Origin: Nannocystis bainbridge
GTDB taxonomy: Bacteria > Myxococcota_A > Polyangia > Nannocystales > Nannocystaceae
Reading direction: 5' to 3'
DNA: 64,000 nucleotides
Assembly (NCBI RefSeq): GCF_028368995.1
Contig: NZ_JAQNDL010000003.1
Coordinates: 2,969,752 to 3,033,751, forward strand
This document shows positions 1 to 10,665 of the stretch, one piece after another; the first letter of the stretch is position 1; every line of letters starts with the position of its first letter. Both the position numbers and the translations under genes were made by a program. Below the pieces are notes generated by a model. It was not told where the DNA came from. It saw only the letters and a program-made list of their open reading frames with translations, and searched no databases.

Positions 1-1056
1 GCTGCGCGCCCACCGTGGCTGCATCTGGATGTCGTACTGCTGGGCCCAGGCCGGCTGCGGCTGAGGCATCTGCGCGCGGCGCAGGAAATCGCCGTAGGCG
101 GTGAGCATGGCCTGGTAGGTCGTGGCCTGCGCCGGATAGACCTGCCTGGCCCAGTACAGCATCTCGACGAAGGCCGACGCCAGGTTGTCGTTCAACGTCG
201 GGTCGTCCCAGTACTCGTTGCCGTAGGCGTTGGCGTAGCAGTTGGCGAGGCCGCACGCGGTCCCGATCGAGGGCGGATAGCTGGCCTGCAGCGCCGGCCG
301 GGCGGCGACGGGACCGGCGAACCCCTGCGGAAAGCCGCCGTGGGTCGGGTACTGCGAGGTCTCCACGCGCGCGCGGGCGTAGGCCGAGGAGCCGGAGAGC
401 GCCGTATCGGCGAAGCCGAACAGTTGGTCGGTGCGCATCATCGCAACCAGCGCCAGCTGGGTGACCTGGTCGTCGTAGACCGAGAACTTGCAGCCGCCGC
501 AGCTACAGCTCGCCGTGGTGTTGAGGTAGCAGGCCTTGAGCGTCGGCGTCGGCTTGAAGTCCGCGTAGAGGCGCCAGCCGCCCGATTTGACCTGCCCGTG
601 GCGCAACGCCATGGCCGCGTCCTTCGCGTAGGTCTTGAGCGCCGGCGTCGCCGGGTCGGCGAGGGCGGCCTCGACGAACGCGATCGTCACGTCCGCCGTG
701 CCGGGTGACTGGATCATGATCTGATCGTCGTCGAGCTGGATGTCGCCCCAGCGCTCGCTCAGGTTGGTGGCGTTGTGGTGCCACGCGTAGCCGCCGTGCC
801 GGGCGACGTTGTCGTGGAAGAACTTCGCCGCGTTCCGCATGCGCCCGAGCGCCTTGGCCCGCAGCGGCGTCGCGGCGGCCGGCTCCGCCTCACCGATCGC
901 CAGGTTCGGTCGTGAGCCGTCGCGCGCCGGCTCGGCGCCGGTCGAGTCGCTCTCCACTTCGGTGTCCGTCGTTTCGCTCTCCGATTCGGTGCCTGGCGCG
1001 TCGCAGGCGAACTGCGAGAGGAGCGGGAAGAGAGCGAGCGTAAGCAGTCTTTTCAT
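1..1056 (-). CDS. Secreted lipoprotein, pectate lyase PL10-like (runs off window start)
   Basis: Not in the ORF track because it has no stop in the window. ATG at 1056 with an AGGAG RBS; MKRLLTLALFPLLSQFAC lipoprotein signal; hand translation gives GGW, YDD, TLNDN and QPAWAQQYDIQMQPRWAR motifs typical of PL10 lyases. Confidence 0.7.
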   Translation of the reverse strand, partial: MKRLLTLALFPLLSQFACDAPGTESESETTDTEVESDSTGAEPARDGSRPNLAIGEAEPAAATPLRAKALGRMRNAAKFFHDNVARHGGYAWHHNATNLSERWGDIQLDDDQIMIQSPGTADVTIAFVEAALADPATPALKTYAKDAAMALRHGQVKSGGWRLYADFKPTPTLKACYLNTTASCSCGGCKFSVYDDQVTQLALVAMMRTDQLFGFADTALSGSSAYARARVETSQYPTHGGFPQGFAGPVAARPALQASYPPSIGTACGLANCYANAYGNEYWDDPTLNDNLASAFVEMLYWARQVYPAQATTYQAMLTAYGDFLRRAQMPQPQPAWAQQYDIQMQPRWARS

Positions 1057-1399
1057 GAACGAGATTCTCCTGTTTCAGCGGTCGTGATCGATGGTCCACG
1101 CGTGCGGCCTCGCCGAGAACGTCCTGCCGCGCGCGGCCCGGCCCGCCCATCGGAGCGCGCCGGAGCGCGCCGGAGTCGTAACGAAAGACCCACGCCGGGC
1201 ACGGTCCCCGATCGGCCGGCAACGTTACAAACCACGGCACCGAAGTCGCGACCTCGGTCGACGACGAGCGCGAGCGCGCTCGAGTCCGTCTCTGCATGAG
1301 GACGACTCGAGGCTCGCGTCACCGGCTCATGTCACCCGCTTCGCGCGTCGCCGCTCCCTTGCGCGACGCGAATCATTGCTGTCCCTTGGGACATGACCT

Positions 1400-1657
1400 T
1401 CAGACCAGCCGCGGCATCCGCTCCAGCGCCGCCTGGCGCTCGAGCAGCACCGCCGTCAGCACCGCCCGCACCGCCGGCGCGTCGAGCCCGCGCAGGTGGC
1501 CGAGCAGGTGGTCCATGTGGATCTGGAACCCGCAGCGCGTCACCTCGACCGGCGTCAGCGGGCACTGCATCTCGCCGCGGTGGAGCAGCGCCAAAAACCG
1601 CTTGAGGTCCTCGGTGGGCACACGGACGAGCGCGTTCTGCAGCATCGCCGGGGGCAT
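1400..1657 (-). CDS. Small hypothetical protein
   Basis: Coding-like composition and GC3 bias (LKRFLALLHRGEMQCPLTPVEV...). Confidence 0.6.
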   Translation of the reverse strand: MPPAMLQNALVRVPTEDLKRFLALLHRGEMQCPLTPVEVTRCGFQIHMDHLLGHLRGLDAPAVRAVLTAVLLERQAALERMPRLV

Positions 1658-1820
1658 AGCCCCTCGCCCGCCTGCGGGCAAGCGCGGGCGCCTCGCGCGT
1701 CGCGCTCGCCCGGGCCCGCCGACGCCCTCGCGCGCCGCACGGGCCGCGCTCGCTCACGAAGCCGGCGACGTGCTCACCGGCATCCGACCTCGCCACGACG
1801 GTCCGTCGCGCCCGGCCGCC

Positions 1821-2306
1821 TCAGCCTTCCGGCGGCGGGTCCGGCAGGCGGAACGACCTTATGAAATCTTCGCCCGCGCTGTGACAGCCGACGCACACGT
1901 CGGGTCGGCCGGAGAAGCGCGGCTGGTCGCTCGAGCCGTCGTACTGCTCCCACGCCCACACGCCGGCCTGCTTCTGCATCACCGCGACCTGGACCAGCGA
2001 CCCGCCCTCGGCCGCGTCGTAGCCGGCCAGGACCACCATCGCGTCCTCGGACCAGGCCAGCAGCCCCTCGGGCAGCACCATCGCCAGGTCGGCGACCACC
2101 ACGTCGTTGATGTAGATGTCGACGAACCCGCCGTGCGGCGCGACCACCGGCTGGCGCTTCTCACGGTTCTTCGGCCGGGCCCACATCGTGTAATCGCCGG
2201 CCTCGGCCAGCAGCGTCGGCGCCTCGGACACCGGCTGCAGCGGCTCCTCGCAGCCCGCGGGCAGGGCCCCGAGGGCGACGGCGGCGATCGCGGCGCGGCG
2301 GCGCAT
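1821..2306 (-). CDS. Cytochrome P460/c'-beta family c-type heme lipoprotein
   Basis: Lipobox-like LPAGC; VAVMQK...WAWEQY followed by a C-terminal CVGCH heme motif. Confidence 0.65.
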   Translation of the reverse strand: MRRRAAIAAVALGALPAGCEEPLQPVSEAPTLLAEAGDYTMWARPKNREKRQPVVAPHGGFVDIYINDVVVADLAMVLPEGLLAWSEDAMVVLAGYDAAEGGSLVQVAVMQKQAGVWAWEQYDGSSDQPRFSGRPDVCVGCHSAGEDFIRSFRLPDPPPEG

Positions 2307-2355
2307 CGACATCGTCGACACCATAACACCCTTTGCGGCTACGATCCGCGCCCCC

Positions 2356-3684
2356 GTGCCGAGAAACCCCATCACCGCCCGCGCCCTGGCCGTTCAGACC
2401 CTCCGGCAGATCGATCAACGCCGCGGCTTCAGCAACCGGATCCTGGCCGAGCAGTTCGAGCGTCACCCGGACCTCGAGCGGCGCGAGCGCGGCCTCACCA
2501 CCAACCTCGTGTACGGCGTGCTGCGCCACCGCGGCCGCCTCGACGCGCTGATCGACGCCGTCGCCGTGCGCCCGAAGAACCTCAGCGCCCGCGCGCGAGA
2601 GATCGCCCGCGTCGCCGTGTTCGAGCTGCGCGAGCTGCAGCACCCGCCGCACGCCGCGATCTCGCAGGCCCTCGGCCTCGCCACCGCGCTCGACCCGAGC
2701 GGCGGCCTGGCCCGCCCGCTGCACGCCATCCTCTCCGCCATCGACCGCGAAGGCGCCGCCGCCGACGCCCGCCTCGCCGCCGGCAAGCCGCTCGACGTGC
2801 TCGCCGATCGCTGGTCGATCCCCCGCTGGCTCGCGGGCCGCTGGATCGCCAACCTCGGCCCCGACCTCGCCCTCGCCCGCGCCCGCGCCCTCGCCGAGCC
2901 GCCCGCCGTCGAGCTGCGCGTCGACCTGTCCCGAACGACAGCCGACGACGTCGCCGCGGCCCTGCGCGAGGCCGAGCCGAAGGCCCTCGTCGAGCCGATC
3001 GCCGACCAGCCGCAGGCCCTGCGGGTGCGCAGCGGCGGCGAGCTGGTCCGCCACCCGCTGCACGAGCGCGGCCTGTTCTCGGTCCAGGCCCTCGGGGCGC
3101 AGCGCGCCGCCCTGACTCTTGCGCCATGTCCTGAAGAACATGTCCTGGACGCCTGCGCCGGCATGGGCACCAAGTCGCTGCAGCTGGCCGAGCTGATGGG
3201 CCGCCGCGGCCGTCTGGTCGCCGCCGACGCCAGCGAGCTCCGGCTCGGCGAGCACGCCGCCCTGCGCCGCCGCGGCGGGCTCGACGTCGAGGGCCTCGAA
3301 TTCACCTCGGTGATCGCCGACCTCGCCGCCGATGAGCCGCAGCCCGGCGTCGACGACTCGACCTACGACGCCGTCCTGCTCGACGCCCCCTGCACCGGCC
3401 TCGGCAACCTGGCCCGCCACCCCGAGCTGCGCGGCACCGTGCAGTTCGCGGACATCGCCGTCTGCGCCGCCCTCCAGCGCCGCCTGCTCGACCGCAGCCG
3501 CGCCCGCGTGCGCCCCGGCGGCCGCCTGGTCTACGCCGTCTGCAGCCTCGAGCCCGAGGAGGGCCCGCGCCTGGTCCGCGCCGCGTGCGACGCCGGCAGC
3601 TTCACGCTCGAGCACGAGGAGACCTGGACGCCCGAGGCCCACCAGACCGACGGCTTCTACCTGGCCCGCCTGCGCCCGAGCTGA
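2356..3684 (+). CDS. rsmB: 16S rRNA m5C967 methyltransferase (NusB-like domain plus Fmu domain)
   Basis: LVYGVLR NusB-like N-terminus; VLDACAGMGTK, LLDAPCTG and LVYAVCS motifs; DGFYLARL end. Confidence 0.9.
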   Translation: MPRNPITARALAVQTLRQIDQRRGFSNRILAEQFERHPDLERRERGLTTNLVYGVLRHRGRLDALIDAVAVRPKNLSARAREIARVAVFELRELQHPPHAAISQALGLATALDPSGGLARPLHAILSAIDREGAAADARLAAGKPLDVLADRWSIPRWLAGRWIANLGPDLALARARALAEPPAVELRVDLSRTTADDVAAALREAEPKALVEPIADQPQALRVRSGGELVRHPLHERGLFSVQALGAQRAALTLAPCPEEHVLDACAGMGTKSLQLAELMGRRGRLVAADASELRLGEHAALRRRGGLDVEGLEFTSVIADLAADEPQPGVDDSTYDAVLLDAPCTGLGNLARHPELRGTVQFADIAVCAALQRRLLDRSRARVRPGGRLVYAVCSLEPEEGPRLVRAACDAGSFTLEHEETWTPEAHQTDGFYLARLRPS

Positions 3685-3757
3685 GCCTTATCCTCAGGAC
3701 ATGTTCTAAAAGGCATGTCCTGAAGGTCAGACGGCGCGTACCCTCACGCCTCCAGCA

Positions 3758-3950
3758 GTGCATCGATCGGCGCCGCGGCTCGGAGGGCAACTCCGGGCCT
3801 CGCAGCCGTTGGAGCGCATCGATCTTTGCCGGGCTCCTGGAGGGCAACTCCGGGCCCCGCAGCCGTTCAGTGTATCGATTGGCGCCGCGCTCCTGGAGGC
3901 CCACTCCAGGCCCCGCAGCCGTTCCGTGCATCCATCTGTGCCGCGCGACT
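3758..3950. repeat. Degenerate tandem repeat of about 56-57 bp, 3-3.5 copies
   Basis: GCAGCCGTT at 3802, 3859 and 3915, each preceded by GGAGGGCAACTCCGGGC-like sequence and followed by ATCGAT-like sequence. Confidence 0.8.
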
Positions 3951-4011
3951 CCGGGCCGGTGCGCCGGGGCCCGCTCGCACGTTCGCGCCAGTGGCGCGCT
4001 TCTGTGCCGGA

Positions 4012-4068
4012 CATGGCCCCGAGAGCATGCCCTTCGAGACATGCCCTTCGGAACATGTTCGAACGAAC
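4012..4068. repeat. 14-bp palindromic unit array (TGYYC-N4-GRRCA)
   Basis: CATG junctions at 4012, 4026, 4040 and 4054; a second pair at 3700/3714. Confidence 0.9.
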
Positions 4069-4173
4069 ACTCAAGTTTCGCTCACGGCTGCGCTCCGGCT
4101 CGCTCCGCCGCGCCTGCGTCGAGGTCATCCTTCGCCTCGACGCGCATCGAGTTTTTTCAAGAGCGGCTCGCTG

Positions 4174-4779
4174 TCAGGGCTGCGCCCCGGGCGACGCCGG
4201 GGCGGGTGGGACCCCGCCCATCAGCTGCTGCAGCTTGGCCGCGTTCGGGTCGTCCGCGGGCACCGCGTCGATGAACTTGCGGGCGTGGTGCTGGGCCTCG
4301 TCCTTCACCCCCGCTTCCCACGTCAGCACCGCCAGGTTGAAGCGGGCCGGGTTGTAGCTCGGATCGGCCTTGAGCGCCGCCAGGTAGCGGCTGCGGGCGT
4401 CGTTGTACTTGCCGCGCTTTTGGGCCACGAGGCCCAGGTTGTAAAGCACCAGCGCATCGCCGGCGTCGCTGGCGAGCGGCTCCAGCAGGCGGGTCGCCTC
4501 GTCGAGATCGTCGCGGAGGATCGCCAGCTTGGCCGCGAGCAGCTTGGCGTCGCGGCCGGCACCGGCGGCGATCGCCTGCTCGGCGGCGAGCCGCGCCTCC
4601 TCGTGGCGCCCGGCGGCCTCGAGCTCGAGCGCCTCGAGGTACTTCTTCTCGGCCTCCGGCGACGCGGCCGGGGCCTCGGCGCTCGGGCGGTCAGGCGGGG
4701 CAGCCGGCGAAGAGCCGTCGCAGGCCACGGGTAGCGCGAGCAGGAGCGGGAGCAAGGCACGGCGCAGGCACGAAATCAT
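4174..4779 (-). CDS. TPR-repeat lipoprotein
   Basis: LPVAC lipobox; YNLGLVAQKRG and ARFNLAVL TPR helices. Confidence 0.8.
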   Translation of the reverse strand: MISCLRRALLPLLLALPVACDGSSPAAPPDRPSAEAPAASPEAEKKYLEALELEAAGRHEEARLAAEQAIAAGAGRDAKLLAAKLAILRDDLDEATRLLEPLASDAGDALVLYNLGLVAQKRGKYNDARSRYLAALKADPSYNPARFNLAVLTWEAGVKDEAQHHARKFIDAVPADDPNAAKLQQLMGGVPPAPASPGAQP

Positions 4780-5107
4780 CAAGGACCTCGGTCGACCTCG
4801 CAGTCGTAGCATAGTTCCGCCGCCGACGTCCTCTGCGCGTCGCGGCGCCCCCTCCGCCGCGCCACCGTATCCCGCCGGTCCGCCGCGCGCCGCCGCTCTC
4901 ACATGTCCCGAAGGACATACGCCTGCACGCGCGCATGTCTCTCGGGACATCCGCGCCGCAGGCCCGTGCAGCGGCCGACGCACCCGCCTCGCGCGAACCT
5001 GGCGCTTGTGGTCTCGCTGCCAATCGTGATAGCTTGGGCTCCGATCGACGTGGGTCGATCACCGCGTCCCTCGCTGTGGACGTCGCTCTTCGGAACTGGG
5101 GGTGATC

Positions 5108-5647
5108 ATGCGCCGAACCGCGCCTATGCGCCGGTATGGGGCTGTCTTGGGGCTATTGTCGATCGTTGGATTCGCGGGCGGGTGTGCCGACGACACCACC
5201 GCCGGCACCCTCTCCATTAGTGGTACCGACGGCACCGCCACGACTGGCGACCCGCCGACGTCCACCGATTCGCCGACGTCTCCGGCCACCACCGACACCC
5301 CCACGACCACCGTTTCGACGACCACCACCGATTCGACGACCACCGAAGGCCCCACCACCACCGAGGGGCCCACGACCACCGATTCGGCGACCACGACCAC
5401 CACCGACACGACGACGAGCACGACGACCACGACGACCACGACGACCACCGATACCGACACGACCACAGGCGATCCCGTCGTCGGCCGCTCCATCACCCAG
5501 ACCGTCAACAGCGGCACCGTCGCCTCCAGCCCCAACTTCCGCATGGTCTTCACGCTGGGTCAGCCGACCCAGAACCAGGGCATCTACTCTTCCGCCAACT
5601 TTCGCCTCCAGGGCGGCCTCATCGGCGCCAACGGGAACCCGCCATGA
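5108..5647 (+). CDS. Thr-rich lipoprotein, partner of collagen fibre (copy 1)
   Basis: FAGGC lipobox, Thr-rich linker and short C-terminal beta domain ([14 protein letters not shown]...[10 protein letters not shown]). Stop overlaps the next start (ATGA). Confidence 0.85.
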   Translation: MRRTAPMRRYGAVLGLLSIVGFAGGCADDTTAGTLSISGTDGTATTGDPPTSTDSPTSPATTDTPTTTVSTTTTDSTTTEGPTTTEGPTTTDSATTTTTDTTTSTTTTTTTTTTDTDTTTGDPVVGRSITQTVNSGTVASSPNFRMVFTLGQPTQNQGIYSSANFRLQGGLIGANGNPP

Positions 5648-7497
5648 TCTCGACACGACGCAACCGGAAGAAGCAGTGGTGGCTCGGCGCGGCGCTCGCC
5701 TCCGCGTGGCTGCTCCCCCTCGACGCCAGCGCCCTCGCCGTCCCCGCCCTCGTCACTCACCAGGGTCGCCTCTTCGACGCCAATGGTGGCCCCGTCGACG
5801 GCACCCAGGACATCACCTTCGCCATCTACGACGCCGAGCTCGCCGGCAACGAGATCTGGGCCGAGACCATCAGCGTCACCTTCGAAGAGGGCTTCTTCTC
5901 CGTCCGCCTCGGCGAGCAGCTCGTACTCGACGAGCTCGTCTTCGACGGCAGCACTCGCTGGCTCGGCATCACCGTCGGCGCCGACCCGGAGATGACCCCT
6001 CGCGCCGCCGTCGTCAGCGTCCCCTATGCCATGTTCGCCGGGGACGTCCGCGGCGAGATCAACCCCCTCAGTGTCAACATTCAGGGCTTCGGTCAGGTCA
6101 TCAACGAGAACGGCCAATGGGTCGGCGATCCTTCAGGATTGATCGGTCCCGCCGGCCCGCCCGGACCTGCCGGTCCCGCTGGCGCCGAGGGTCCCGCCGG
6201 ACCTGCGGGCGCTGAAGGCCCTGCCGGCCCCGCCGGTGCGGCCGGTCCTGCCGGCGCCGAGGGCCCTGCCGGTCCTGCTGGCGCCGAAGGCCCTGCCGGT
6301 CCCGCCGGTCCTGCGGGCCCTGCCGGCCCCGAAGGCCCCGCCGGCCCCGCTGGCGGCGACGGTCAGGTCGGCCCTGCCGGCCCCGCCGGTCCGGCAGGTC
6401 CTGCTGGCGCCGAGGGTCCGCAGGGTGCCCAGGGTGCCCAAGGCCCGCAAGGCGACATCGGCCCGGTCGGTCCCCAGGGCCCGCAGGGCGACCTCGGTCC
6501 CGTCGGTCCCGCCGGTCCGCAAGGTGACATCGGCCCTGCAGGCCCCGCTGGCCCCGCCGGTCCGCAGGGCGACCTCGGCCCCGCCGGCCCCGCCGGTCCG
6601 CAGGGCGACCTCGGCCCGGCCGGCCCCGCCGGTCCCCAGGGCGACCTCGGCCCCGCCGGCCCCGCCGGTCCGCAAGGCGACCTCGGTCCCGCTGGCCCCG
6701 CCGGCCCCGCCGGTCCCGCCGGTCCCGCGGGCCCGTCGGGTTCGCCGGGCGAGCCGGGTCCTGCGGGTCCCGCCGGCCCCGCTGGTCCCGCCGGTCCCGC
6801 TGGCCAGCAGGGCACCCAGGGCGATCCAGGCCCGGCTGGCCCCGCCGGTCAGGTCGGTCCCGCCGGCCCCGCCGGCCCCGCTGGCCCCGCCGGTCAGGTC
6901 GGCCCCGCCGGCCCCGCTGGCCCCGCCGGTCAGGTCGGCCCGATCGGCCCCGCCGGCCCCGCCGGCCCCTCCGGCCCGCAAGGCGGCGTCGGTCCGATGG
7001 GCCCCGCCGGTCCTGCCGGCGCGATCGGACCCCAGGGCCCCGCGGGTCCTGCCGGCGCTGCCGGTCCCGCTGGCCCCGCCGGCGCGGTCGGTCCCCAGGG
7101 CCCGCAAGGTCCGCAGGGTCCGCAGGGCGTGCCCGGTCCGACCAGCGTGCCCGCGTGCCCCGGGAGCCCCTACGCCGATCAGATCACCTCGGTGAACACG
7201 GTCCGCTCGCTGCTCTGCGTGTACCACGAGAACTTCGGCAAGAACTGGAACGGCTCGGCGAGCGATTGTTACACCTTCTATGATGGGGCGCATCTGTGCC
7301 GCCACGAGGAGATCCGCCGCGCCTGCATCGCCGGCAACGGGTTCGCGCCGATCAACAATTCGTGGCTGGCCGACCGGATCGACGACGACGACGCGCTGCA
7401 CACCAACAGCACCGACTGCAACAACTTCGACGGCCAGGACGGTTACAACGCCGGCAAGACCGGCAAGTACTGCTGCTCCGAATGGCCCAAGTACTGA
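5644..7497 (+). CDS. Collagen-like surface fibre protein with Cys-rich lectin-like tip (copy 1)
   Basis: Signal peptide; HQGRL...PR..SVPYA N-terminal domain; about 112 Gly-X-Y triplets (6136-7143); C-terminal domain with GAHLC...EEIRRAC...YCC. Confidence 0.9.
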   Translation: MISTRRNRKKQWWLGAALASAWLLPLDASALAVPALVTHQGRLFDANGGPVDGTQDITFAIYDAELAGNEIWAETISVTFEEGFFSVRLGEQLVLDELVFDGSTRWLGITVGADPEMTPRAAVVSVPYAMFAGDVRGEINPLSVNIQGFGQVINENGQWVGDPSGLIGPAGPPGPAGPAGAEGPAGPAGAEGPAGPAGAAGPAGAEGPAGPAGAEGPAGPAGPAGPAGPEGPAGPAGGDGQVGPAGPAGPAGPAGAEGPQGAQGAQGPQGDIGPVGPQGPQGDLGPVGPAGPQGDIGPAGPAGPAGPQGDLGPAGPAGPQGDLGPAGPAGPQGDLGPAGPAGPQGDLGPAGPAGPAGPAGPAGPSGSPGEPGPAGPAGPAGPAGPAGQQGTQGDPGPAGPAGQVGPAGPAGPAGPAGQVGPAGPAGPAGQVGPIGPAGPAGPSGPQGGVGPMGPAGPAGAIGPQGPAGPAGAAGPAGPAGAVGPQGPQGPQGPQGVPGPTSVPACPGSPYADQITSVNTVRSLLCVYHENFGKNWNGSASDCYTFYDGAHLCRHEEIRRACIAGNGFAPINNSWLADRIDDDDALHTNSTDCNNFDGQDGYNAGKTGKYCCSEWPKY

Positions 7498-7528
7498 GCC
7501 TCGCGCTGCTCCGGCCGATGGATCGACC

Positions 7529-8152
7529 ATGACCTCGAGAGCAGACATCGTCGCCCGCAGCGGTCGCAAGATCGCCGCCGCCCTGGCCGGCAGCCTCGTC
7601 CTCCTGCTCGGCAGCGGGTATCTGCTGTCCCGCGGTGAACCACCGCCGCAGCAGCTCCCCGCCGCCGGACCCGAGCTCGCGGTCGCGCTCGGCGTGCCGG
7701 CGGCCGACGCCGATTCGGCGCGCCGGCATTTCGACGATTTCGACCCGCGCCCCGACCACGTCGCCCTCGCGCCGCCGCCGATCGAACCTGTCCCCCGGGA
7801 CAGTTTGACTGAGGACCGTCAGGCCTGGCTCGCCAACCCGGGCCCGCAGGTCGTGATCGACGGCAGCGGGCAAGCCAAGCTCGAGGCCGCCCGTGCGGCC
7901 GCGACCGCCGAGCTGCAAAAAGCCCTCGACGGGCGGGCGCGGGGCCTCCTGCGCGCCTGTGGCGGCAAGAACCCCAATAACTTGTTCGTCCAGGCCACCT
8001 TCGGCGCCGACGGCAAGCTGCTCTCGCACGAGTTCGCCGGCCACGGCGACGACGCTGCCGTCCGCGATTGCCTCGCCGCCCAGCCGTTCGCCATGACGAT
8101 CGCGCCCCCCGGCGCCGAGATGCAGCTCCGCGGCGTGCTCGCCCCGCCCTGA
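7529..8152 (+). CDS. Membrane-anchored protein with possible TonB-C/AgmX-like C-terminal domain
   Basis: N-terminal TM helix, Pro-rich linker, C-terminal RAC...VQATFGADGK...RDCL. Confidence 0.55.
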   Translation: MTSRADIVARSGRKIAAALAGSLVLLLGSGYLLSRGEPPPQQLPAAGPELAVALGVPAADADSARRHFDDFDPRPDHVALAPPPIEPVPRDSLTEDRQAWLANPGPQVVIDGSGQAKLEAARAAATAELQKALDGRARGLLRACGGKNPNNLFVQATFGADGKLLSHEFAGHGDDAAVRDCLAAQPFAMTIAPPGAEMQLRGVLAPP

Positions 8153-8422
8153 CGCCGCGAGCTCGAGTTCAGCGGCTGACCGCTCGCAGCGAGATCGTCA
8201 ACATGTCCCAAAAGCCAGACCATGCATCCGGCTCGCCGCCGGGGCGGCCGAATGCGCGCTGACCTGCGGGCCCCGACTCTGCACATCGCACCCGCGCGCC
8301 TGTGAAGCCGGCGACGCACCTCTGGCGCGAATCTGCGTCTTGTTGGCCTGCGTTCATTCATGATAGCGTCGGTCCGAATCGCCGCGTCGCCCGATGCGGC
8401 GTCTGCCTGAACGGGGGTGAGC

Positions 8423-8953
8423 ATGCGCCGAACCGCGCCTACGCGCCGGTGTGGGGCTGTCTTGGGACTATTGTCGATCGTTGGATTCGCGGGCGGCTGT
8501 GCCGACGACACCACCGCCGGCACCCTCTCTATTAGTGGTACCGACGGCACCGCCACGACTGGCGACCCGCCGACGTCCACCGATTCGCCGACGTCTCCGG
8601 CCACCACCGACACCCCCACCACCACCGTTTCGACGACCACCACCGATTCGACGACCACCGAGGGACCCACCACTACCGAGGGGCCGACGACCACCGATTC
8701 GACGACGACGACCACCACCACCGACACGACGACGACCTCGACGACGGACACGACGGACACCGACACGACCACCGGCGATCCGATCGTCGGCCGCTCCATC
8801 ACCCAGACCGTCAACAGCGGCACCGTCGCCTCCAGCCCCAACTTCCGCATGGTCTTCACTCTGGGTCAGCCGACCCAGAACCAGGGCATCTACTCTTCCG
8901 CCAACTTTCGCCTCCAGGGCGGCCTCATCGGCGCCAACGGGAACCCGCCATGA
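8423..8953 (+). CDS. Thr-rich lipoprotein, partner of collagen fibre (copy 2)
   Basis: Near-identical paralogue of 5108-5647 with the same ATGA coupling. Confidence 0.85.
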   Translation: MRRTAPTRRCGAVLGLLSIVGFAGGCADDTTAGTLSISGTDGTATTGDPPTSTDSPTSPATTDTPTTTVSTTTTDSTTTEGPTTTEGPTTTDSTTTTTTTDTTTTSTTDTTDTDTTTGDPIVGRSITQTVNSGTVASSPNFRMVFTLGQPTQNQGIYSSANFRLQGGLIGANGNPP

Positions 8954-10293
8954 TCTCGACGAAGCGTGACCGCATCTTTGGTAAGAAGTGGTGGCTCGGG
9001 GCCGTGCTCGCCTCCGCGTGGCTGCTCCCCCTCGACGCCAGCGCCCTCGCCGTCCCCGCCCTCGTCACCCACCAGGGCCGCCTCTTCGACGCCAACGGCG
9101 TTCCTGTCGACGGCACCCAGGACATCACCTTCGCCATCTACGACGACGAGCTCGCCGGCAACGAGATCTGGGCCGAGACCATCAGCGTCACCTTCGAAGA
9201 GGGCTTCTTCTCCGTCCGCCTCGGCGAGCAGCTCGTCCTCGATGAATTGGTGTTCGACGGCAGCACCCGCTGGCTCGGCATCACCGTCGGCGCCGACCCG
9301 GAGATGACCCCTCGCGCCGCCGTCGTCAGCGTCCCCTATGCCATGTTCGCCGGGGACGTCCGCGGCGAGATCAACCCCCTCAGTGTCAACATTCAGGGCT
9401 TCGGTCAGGTCATCAACGAGAACGGCCAATGGGTCGGCGATCCTTCAGGATTGATCGGTCCCGCCGGCCCGCCCGGACCCGCCGGTCCCGCTGGCGCCGA
9501 GGGTCCCGCCGGACCTGCGGGCGCTGAAGGCCCTGCCGGTCCCGCCGGCGCGGCCGGTCCTGCAGGCGCCGAGGGCCCCGCGGGTCCTGCCGGCGCCGAA
9601 GGCCCTGCCGGTCCCGCCGGTCCTGCGGGCCCTGCCGGCCCCGAAGGCCCCGCCGGCCCCGCTGGCGGCGACGGTCAGGTCGGTCCTGCCGGTCCCGCCG
9701 GTCCTGCGGGTCCGCAAGGTCCGATGGGTGACTCGGGCCCGGCCGGCCCTGCCGGTCCCCAGGGCCCGATGGGTGCGCTCGGTCCCATGGGCCCGATGGG
9801 CCCGCAGGGACCCGCCGGCCCCGTCGGTCCCGCCGGCCCCATCGGTCCCCAGGGCATCAAGGGCGACACCGGCGCTCAGGGTCCGCAAGGCCCGCAGGGC
9901 CTGCAAGGTGTCCAGGGTCCGCAGGGCCTCCCTGGCCCGACCAGCGTCGCCGCCTGTCCCAACTACCCGGCCTTCTCGACCTACCAGGTCAACACCGCCA
10001 CCTCGCTGCTGTGCCTCTACTACGACACCGCCGGCGGCAACCAGAACTGGTACCAGAGCGCCGATCGCTGCCGCACGGCCTACGGCGGCGCCTACCTCTG
10101 CACCTACGAACAGGTCCGCCGCGCCTGCGCCACCGGCATGACCCTGCAGCTCAACACCTGGATGGGCGACCGCGTCGACGACGACCGGGGCATCCGCGTC
10201 AACGAGAACAACTGCGCCAACTTCGACGAGGACGAGAACTTCGGCACGGCCTTCGGCGCCCGCTACTGCTGCCTGCAGTGGATGAAGTACTGA
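8950..10293 (+). CDS. Collagen-like surface fibre protein with Cys-rich lectin-like tip (copy 2)
   Basis: N-terminal domain almost identical to copy 1; about 55 Gly-X-Y triplets (9448-9942); divergent tip GAYLC...EQVRRAC...YCC. Confidence 0.9.
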   Translation: MISTKRDRIFGKKWWLGAVLASAWLLPLDASALAVPALVTHQGRLFDANGVPVDGTQDITFAIYDDELAGNEIWAETISVTFEEGFFSVRLGEQLVLDELVFDGSTRWLGITVGADPEMTPRAAVVSVPYAMFAGDVRGEINPLSVNIQGFGQVINENGQWVGDPSGLIGPAGPPGPAGPAGAEGPAGPAGAEGPAGPAGAAGPAGAEGPAGPAGAEGPAGPAGPAGPAGPEGPAGPAGGDGQVGPAGPAGPAGPQGPMGDSGPAGPAGPQGPMGALGPMGPMGPQGPAGPVGPAGPIGPQGIKGDTGAQGPQGPQGLQGVQGPQGLPGPTSVAACPNYPAFSTYQVNTATSLLCLYYDTAGGNQNWYQSADRCRTAYGGAYLCTYEQVRRACATGMTLQLNTWMGDRVDDDRGIRVNENNCANFDEDENFGTAFGARYCCLQWMKY

Positions 10294-10665
10294 GAGTCAC
10301 GCGCGCGACACCGACACCCACGAGCCCCGGCTCACGCCGCCGGCTCGTCGCGGCCCCGGCGAGCTGTCCGAAGCGACAGGTCGCCGCTCCCCGCCGGGCC
10401 TCACCCATCGAGGCCGCCGATGAGCGGCCCCGACATGCTCGCCGCCCTCCGCGCGGTCGCGCCTTGCGATCTGCGCACCACGCCTGCGATCGGCATCGAC
10501 GCCTTCCGGACCCATGGCGCCGACCGCGAGCCCGCGGCCAGGCAGGACGCGCTGTCCTTCGTCGCCGGTTCGGTCTATAGCGGCGTCATCTTCACCCTCG
10601 ACACCCAGCGCGGAAACATCACCGAGCTCTGCCTCGGCGCCGCCGCCGAGTGAATGCGTGCCGTC

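Noticed and set aside
6133-7569. Antisense ORFs over the collagen gene, including one that also reads GPAGPA
   Set aside because: A by-product of near-self-complementary GGC/CCC/GCC codon repeats; no independent coding signal.
7140-10293. Diversity-generating retroelement acting on the lectin-like fibre tips
   Set aside because: No reverse transcriptase and no template repeat differing only at adenines; the two tips differ at all base types and by indels.
10420-10653. 77-aa ORF upstream of the carboxylesterase
   Set aside because: No motif or clear RBS; could be a gene remnant but cannot be supported.
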